From positions 76,905,131 through 76,969,130 of the forward strand of contig NC_083416.1 of the NCBI RefSeq assembly GCF_020745735.1: a stretch of DNA of 64,000 nt, given 5' to 3'. Source of the stretch: Hemiscyllium ocellatum. Taxonomy: Eukaryota. This document shows, piece after piece, positions 59,375 to 64,000 of the stretch (its first letter is position 1; the number at the start of each line of letters is the position of its first letter). A program made the translations under genes and the position numbers. The notes beneath the pieces were generated by a model. That model saw only the letters and a list, made by a program, of their open reading frames with translations. It did not search any database and had not been told where the DNA came from.

Positions 59375-60095
59375 TATAGAGTCCGAGATGAACAGCATGG
59401 AAACAGACCCTTCGGTCCTACCTGTCCATGCTGACCAGATATCCAAATCCAATGTAGTTCGACCTGCCAGCACCCGGCCGATATCCCTCCAAACCCTTCC
59501 TATTCATATATCCAGAGCTGAAAATGTGTTGCTGGAAAAGCGCAGCAGGTCAGGCAGCATCCAAGGAACAGGAAATTCGACGTTTTGGGCATAAGCCCTT
59601 CTTCAGGAAGCCCTTGGATGCTGCCCGACCTGCTGCGCTTTTCCAGCAACACATCTTCAGCTCTGATCTCCAGCATCTGCAGACCTCACTTTCTCCTATT
59701 CATATATCCATCCAAATGCCTCTTAAATGTTGCAATTGTACCAGCCTCCACTACTTCCTCTGGCAGCTCATTCCATACACGCACCACCCTCTGCATGAAA
59801 AAGTTGTCCCTTAGGTCGCTTTTAGATCTTCCCCCTCTCACCCTAAACCTATGCCCTCTAGTTCTGTGCTCCCTGACCCCAGGGAAAAGACTTTGTCTAT
59901 TTATCCTATCCATGCCCCTCATAATTTTGTAAATCTCTATAAGCTCACCCCTCGCCTTCGATGCTCCAGGTAAAACAGCCCCAACCTATTCAGCCTGTCC
60001 CTATCGCTTGAATTCTCCAACCCTGGCAACATCCATGCCTGGTCAGCATGGACAGGTTGGACCGAAGGGTGTGTTTCCATGCTGTACATCTCTAT
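59375..60095 (-). mobile_element. CR1 LINE 3' end immediately upstream of the CD74 promoter
   Basis: Minus ORF 59686..59922 RGMDRINRQSLFPGVREHRTRGHRFRVRGGRSKSDLRDNFFMQRVVRVWNELPEEVVEAG, the CR1 RT C-terminus. Confidence 0.88.
59515..59693. mobile_element. 179-bp inverted pair of Penelope family A tails, 17-bp TSD
   Basis: tcctattcatatatcca at 59498-59514 and 59694-59710; arms are reverse complements. Confidence 0.9.
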
Positions 60096-60464
60096 GACTC
60101 TATGCACACCCAAATATTTTTTAATGATTGTGACGTTTCTCGCCTCAACTACCCTCCCAGGCAGTGCGTTCTAGATTGTCACTACCAGCTGGGTGAAACA
60201 CATTTCCCAAAATCCCCTCCTGCCTTTCTCCTTAAACTATTGAGCCTTCAACTGAGGGGAGCAGCTGCTTTTAATCACCCTGTCCATGCCCCATCATAGT
60301 CTTATAGACCTCAGTCAGGTCCCCCTCTGTCTCCCCTGCTCCAAAGAAACCTTCTACGGACACCATTTTAAAAAAAAATCTAGTCAATCATGTTCCTGGG
60401 ATCTTTCTATGCACAAAATTGGAAGCTGTGTTTCATACACTACAACAGGAGCCAGGCAAAACAA

Positions 60465-60760
60465 CTAGGAGAAAGTGAGGGTGGCAGGTGCTAAAGATCA
60501 GAGTCAAAAAGGTGGTGCTGGAAAAGCACAGCAGGTCCGCAGCATTTGAGGAGCAGGAGAATCGACGTTTCGGGCATAAGCCCTTCATCAGGAATGACTT
60601 TGTCAACATTTTGGGAAGACCTGATAATGATACAGATGTATTTCTTTTTTAAAGATAGAGAGGACTGCAGATGCTGCAGAGTCAGAGCTGATAAAGTGTG
60701 GAGCTGGAAAAAGCACAGCAGGTCAGGCAGCATCAGAGGAGCAGGAGAGTTGATATTTCA
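60465..60760 (-). mobile_element. Two tandem Penelope family A tails
   Basis: ggagaaagtgagg...gctggaaaagcacagcagg...cccttcatcaggaatg, then a second degenerate tail from about 60655. Confidence 0.8.
60560..60595 (-). ncRNA. Minimal hammerhead ribozyme motif, family A (intact)
   Basis: auuc CUGAUGA A GGGC-uuau-GCCC GAAA CG UC gauu. Confidence 0.7.
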
Positions 60761-61544
60761 TGGGCTGCACGCATCTCAGACAAAGCCAACATTTGGTGCC
60801 CATCCTTTAACAGAGTAGCTTATAGAACGTAGAACATTACAGCGCAGTACAGGCCCTTCGGTCCTCGATGTTGCATCGACCTGCGGAACCAATTTGAAGC
60901 CCGTCCATCCCTTGGTTATTTCAGAATGCAAGTAAGAGGCAGCAGCTGAGGGTCGAGAGCAACGTGTGACCAGCTCAGGAATGAGAGCAGATTACTTTCT
61001 CCTGAAAGCATTGGTGGGAACCAGTTTGGTTTTCAACCAATCGCAGTTTCCATATTAGACAACCTTTTGATTCCAAATTTTGTTTATTGACAATAAATGT
61101 CATTACTGAGGTTTGAACACATTCTAGATTATAAATCCAGTGACATTGTCCATGTAAACTCATACTCTGATTAAATAGCATTTTGTTTTTAAATTGAGCT
61201 TCTCTTGAGATGTTCCTAAGGGCTATTTTTTTATTTTTGAGCTACTTTGTCTTGGTTTTCAGGGATTCCTTTTTGAGTCCCACTGACTCCTTTAGTGTAT
61301 TTACAGGAAGCTAGTGCTTCCAAATAAATCTGTTGGACTATAACCTGGTGTTGTGTAATTTTTAACTTTGTCCACCCCAGTCCAATACCAGCCCCTCCAA
61401 ATCTTTACAGGAAGAGGCAAGGAGTATTGGACCAGCTGCGATCCTATTAACTAATAGAGCAGGCTTAAGGGCTGAATAGTCTACTCCTGTTCTTTTCTTA
61501 TTAATGGTCTTTATTAGCATGTACTAGCAGTATCCGGGATGCCA

Positions 61545-61865
61545 TGGTGGCTCAGTGGTTAGCACTGTTGCCTCACAGTACCTTCCAGCCTTGGGTGATT
61601 GCCTGTGTGGAGTTTGCACGTTCTCCCTGTGACTGCAATGGGTTTTCTCCAGGTGCTCTGGTTTCCTCCTACAGTCCGAAGATGTGTAGGTTAGACGGAT
61701 TGGCCGTGCTAAATTCCCCATAGTGTCCAGGGATGTGCTAGGTGGATTAGCCATGGGAAATGCAGGGTTATGAGGATGTGTTGGGTGGGATGCTCTTCAT
61801 AGGTGCAATGTGGACCTGATGGGCTGAATGATCTGCTTCCACACTGTAGAGATCTATCATTCTAT
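61545..61865 (+). mobile_element. HE1-like V-SINE
   Basis: tggctcagtggttagc A box, V domain, ttccacactgtagag tail. Confidence 0.82.
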
Positions 61866-62832
61866 GATTGTTTGGATTTACATGGACCTATTGGTATTTG
61901 GATTCCCATGACAGTAGAAAAATTAAATAATATTCCCAATCCTGCATTCAATGTAAAGTCCCAACATGCATGAAGAGAGTAAATTTTCTAGAGCACACAG
62001 ATTTTTAGCAGGTACTTTTGGGGTGAATTCAACTCCCCCCACCCCCATTGAGGTCTGGTATTAACCCTCCCAAATTGGTTCACATCTGAAGTCAATCGCT
62101 TACATCAGATCATTAAAAAGGGATTGTGGCAGTTTAGTGTTTACTCAGGTATTTCAGAGAGAAGTTAAGAGAGAACCACATTGCTCTGGGTTTGGAGTCA
62201 CATTTAGAGTAAGGAGGACAGGTTTCCTTCCCTAAAGGACATGAGTGAGACAGATAGGTCTTTTCAACAAATCATCACCATTTAATTTCAGATTTTATCG
62301 GATTCAAGTTGCCACAATGAATTCATTGAGCCATAAATATAATACAGAAGAGGCCCTTCATCCCACTGAGTCTATGCTAACTTATCTCATCTAATTCCAC
62401 TTTCCAGCACTAAACCCATAGCCTTGAATATTATGACATTTCAAGTACTTTGTAAGCACTGTGAGGTTAAATACCTTCCCAGATTACCATCTGGGTGAAA
62501 AATAAATTCCTCAAAACCTTCTGCCCAACACATTAAAGTCATTCCCTCCTCAGTATTCTCTTCTAAACTGAGGGGAAGTATTTAGCCTGTGCATATTCCC
62601 CAATCATTCACTGGGCTGGGCTGGGCTGGGGTGGGGTGGGGTTCCCATTACTGCTATGCCACTGTCATGCAGATACATGGGAACACCATCCCCTGCAAGA
62701 TCTCCCTTGACCTTACAGCGTCGTGACTTGAAAATACGTCACTGTTCCTTCAGTGTCACTGGGTCTGTCCTGGAATACCCTCCCTGAGGGCATTGTGGTG
62801 CTCTGACATTCCATGGATAGCCGTGGTTCAAA

Positions 62833-63190
62833 AAGTGGAGGAGCAGGTGTTGGACTGGGGTGGACAAAGTTAAAAATCACACAACACCAGGGTATAGTCC
62901 AACAGGTTTATTTGGAAGCACTAGCTTTCGGAGCACTGCTCCTTTATTAGGTAGCTGTGGGACAGGATCCTAAGACACATACTCATTCTAAAAGATGAAA
63001 GACTTAACAGTAATCTAGATTGGTTCAATATATCATTTCAGTTGCATAACACTGTGATCTTTTGCTATAAATTCTGTGTCTTATGATCCTGTCCCACAGC
63101 TACCTAATGAAGGAGCAGTGCACCGAAAGCCAGTGCTTCCAAATAAACCTGTTGGACTATAACCTGGTGTTGTGTGATTTTTAACTTAGT
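62833..63190. mobile_element. Penelope family B-like short inverted pair inside an L2 tail
   Basis: Minus arm gttaaaaatcacacaacaccagg...cactagctttcggagcactgctcc; plus arm gaaggagcagtgcaccgaaagccagtg...gtgttgtgtgatttttaact. Confidence 0.85.
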
Positions 63191-63689
63191 CCAAGAAGGC
63201 ACCTCACCACCACCTTCTCCAGAGTAATTATGGATGGACAGTAAATGCTAGCCCAGACAATGTTGACAACATCCCATGACTGAGTATATTTTGAGGAAGA
63301 GGTGACGGTTTCAGAAGAAAGGCTAGCCTTTCAAGTTGTACAGAGCCAGTGACAGGTTTAGAGAGGGACTGCTTTCAGTTTTACAATACACAATGAACAT
63401 TGATATACCTGCTCCAGTCTCTGAGTTTCTGGTTTAACAGAGCTCTGGCTCATATTTCAGGAAATTATAAGCCTGTTCTTCTAGTCGCTTGGTGGCTGAC
63501 TCTCCAGTTGTAAAGATCAAAGGAATAAAGAGAAAGAGGTTGCATTGCTTTAGTGCCTTTCACCATCTCAGGATATCCTAAAGCATTTTACATTCAATGA
63601 AACAAAAACAGAAATTGCTCCAAAGGCTGTGGAGAGACATCAGAGTTAATGTTTAAGGTCCAGTAACCCTTCCTCAGAATGGAACCCTT

Positions 63690-64000
63690 GTTCTGAAGAA
63701 AGGTCATTGGACCCAAAACGTTAATGCTGCAATATTCAGATTGTGGCTGCAAGAGCAGGTCGGAGGCTGGGAATGCTGCAGCGAGTCACCTATCTCCTCC
63801 AGGCTCCCCAAGGTACATCCACGATCTCAACACTGTTCAGGAGTGTGATGAAATACCCTGGGATGAGGGTAGCTTCTAAAATATTCAAGAAGATCAACAT
63901 CATTTAAATCAAAGCAGCCTGCTTGATTGGTCTCAATCTGTCTCCCTTGTCATCTACTCCCTCCATCACCGATGCTCGATACCAACAGCATGTAGATTAG
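63690..64000 (+). mobile_element. Penelope-type tail fragment (63690-63730, degenerate hammerhead) followed by L2-clade fragment
   Basis: ttctgaagaaaggtcattggacccaaaacgttaa; then ctccaggctccc...ggagtgtgatgaaatac...caagaagatcaaca...aaagcagcctgcttgattgg. Confidence 0.6.

Noticed and set aside
60950-61060. X-like gagagcaacgtgtgacc and CCAAT motifs upstream of the promoter
   Set aside because: Weak matches with inconsistent orientation and spacing; not enough to call an S-X-Y module.
1420-63730. Additional hammerhead-like sequences at 1420, 15185, 16580, 20370, 37520, 51175, 58330, 59575, 62918, 63100 and 63690
   Set aside because: Core nucleotides are mutated or truncated; not listed as ribozymes.

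Overview
Vertebrate, repeat-dense genomic DNA, not prokaryotic. The repeat families (HE1/V-type SINEs with TTAGA tails, Deu-type SINEs, CR1, L2, Tx1, Rex/Babar, Penelope-like elements) point to an elasmobranch shark; this is inference. The one clear host gene is CD74 (MHC class II invariant chain) on the minus strand, reconstructed by hand from GT-AG exons: join(59160..59060, 52602..52424, 49409..49327, 47995..47933, 46271..46176, 45173..45047, 43553..43470, 40762..40568, 37883..37839, 35945..35938) = 981 nt, 326 aa plus stop. It has the TM segment, CLIP, trimerisation domain and thyroglobulin type-1 exon. It also has an 84-nt exon with no human counterpart that encodes a second CLIP-like motif, a possible further 63-nt cassette exon, and a seventh Cys in the Tg domain. 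The promoter carries NF-kB, PU.1/ETS and CCAAT motifs, and there are candidate intronic and distal enhancer clusters. The rest is mostly retroelement debris. At least three Penelope-like families each carry their own minimal hammerhead ribozyme motif and occur as inverted pairs or 67-180 bp mini-insertions with 14-17 bp target-site duplications. Also present: a solo LTR, two Tx1 3' ends, a 1.7 kb G-rich minisatellite resembling an L2 segment, and one assembly gap (11474-11605). Exon, TSD and motif coordinates were counted by hand; boundaries of degenerate repeats are approximate. No database searches were run.
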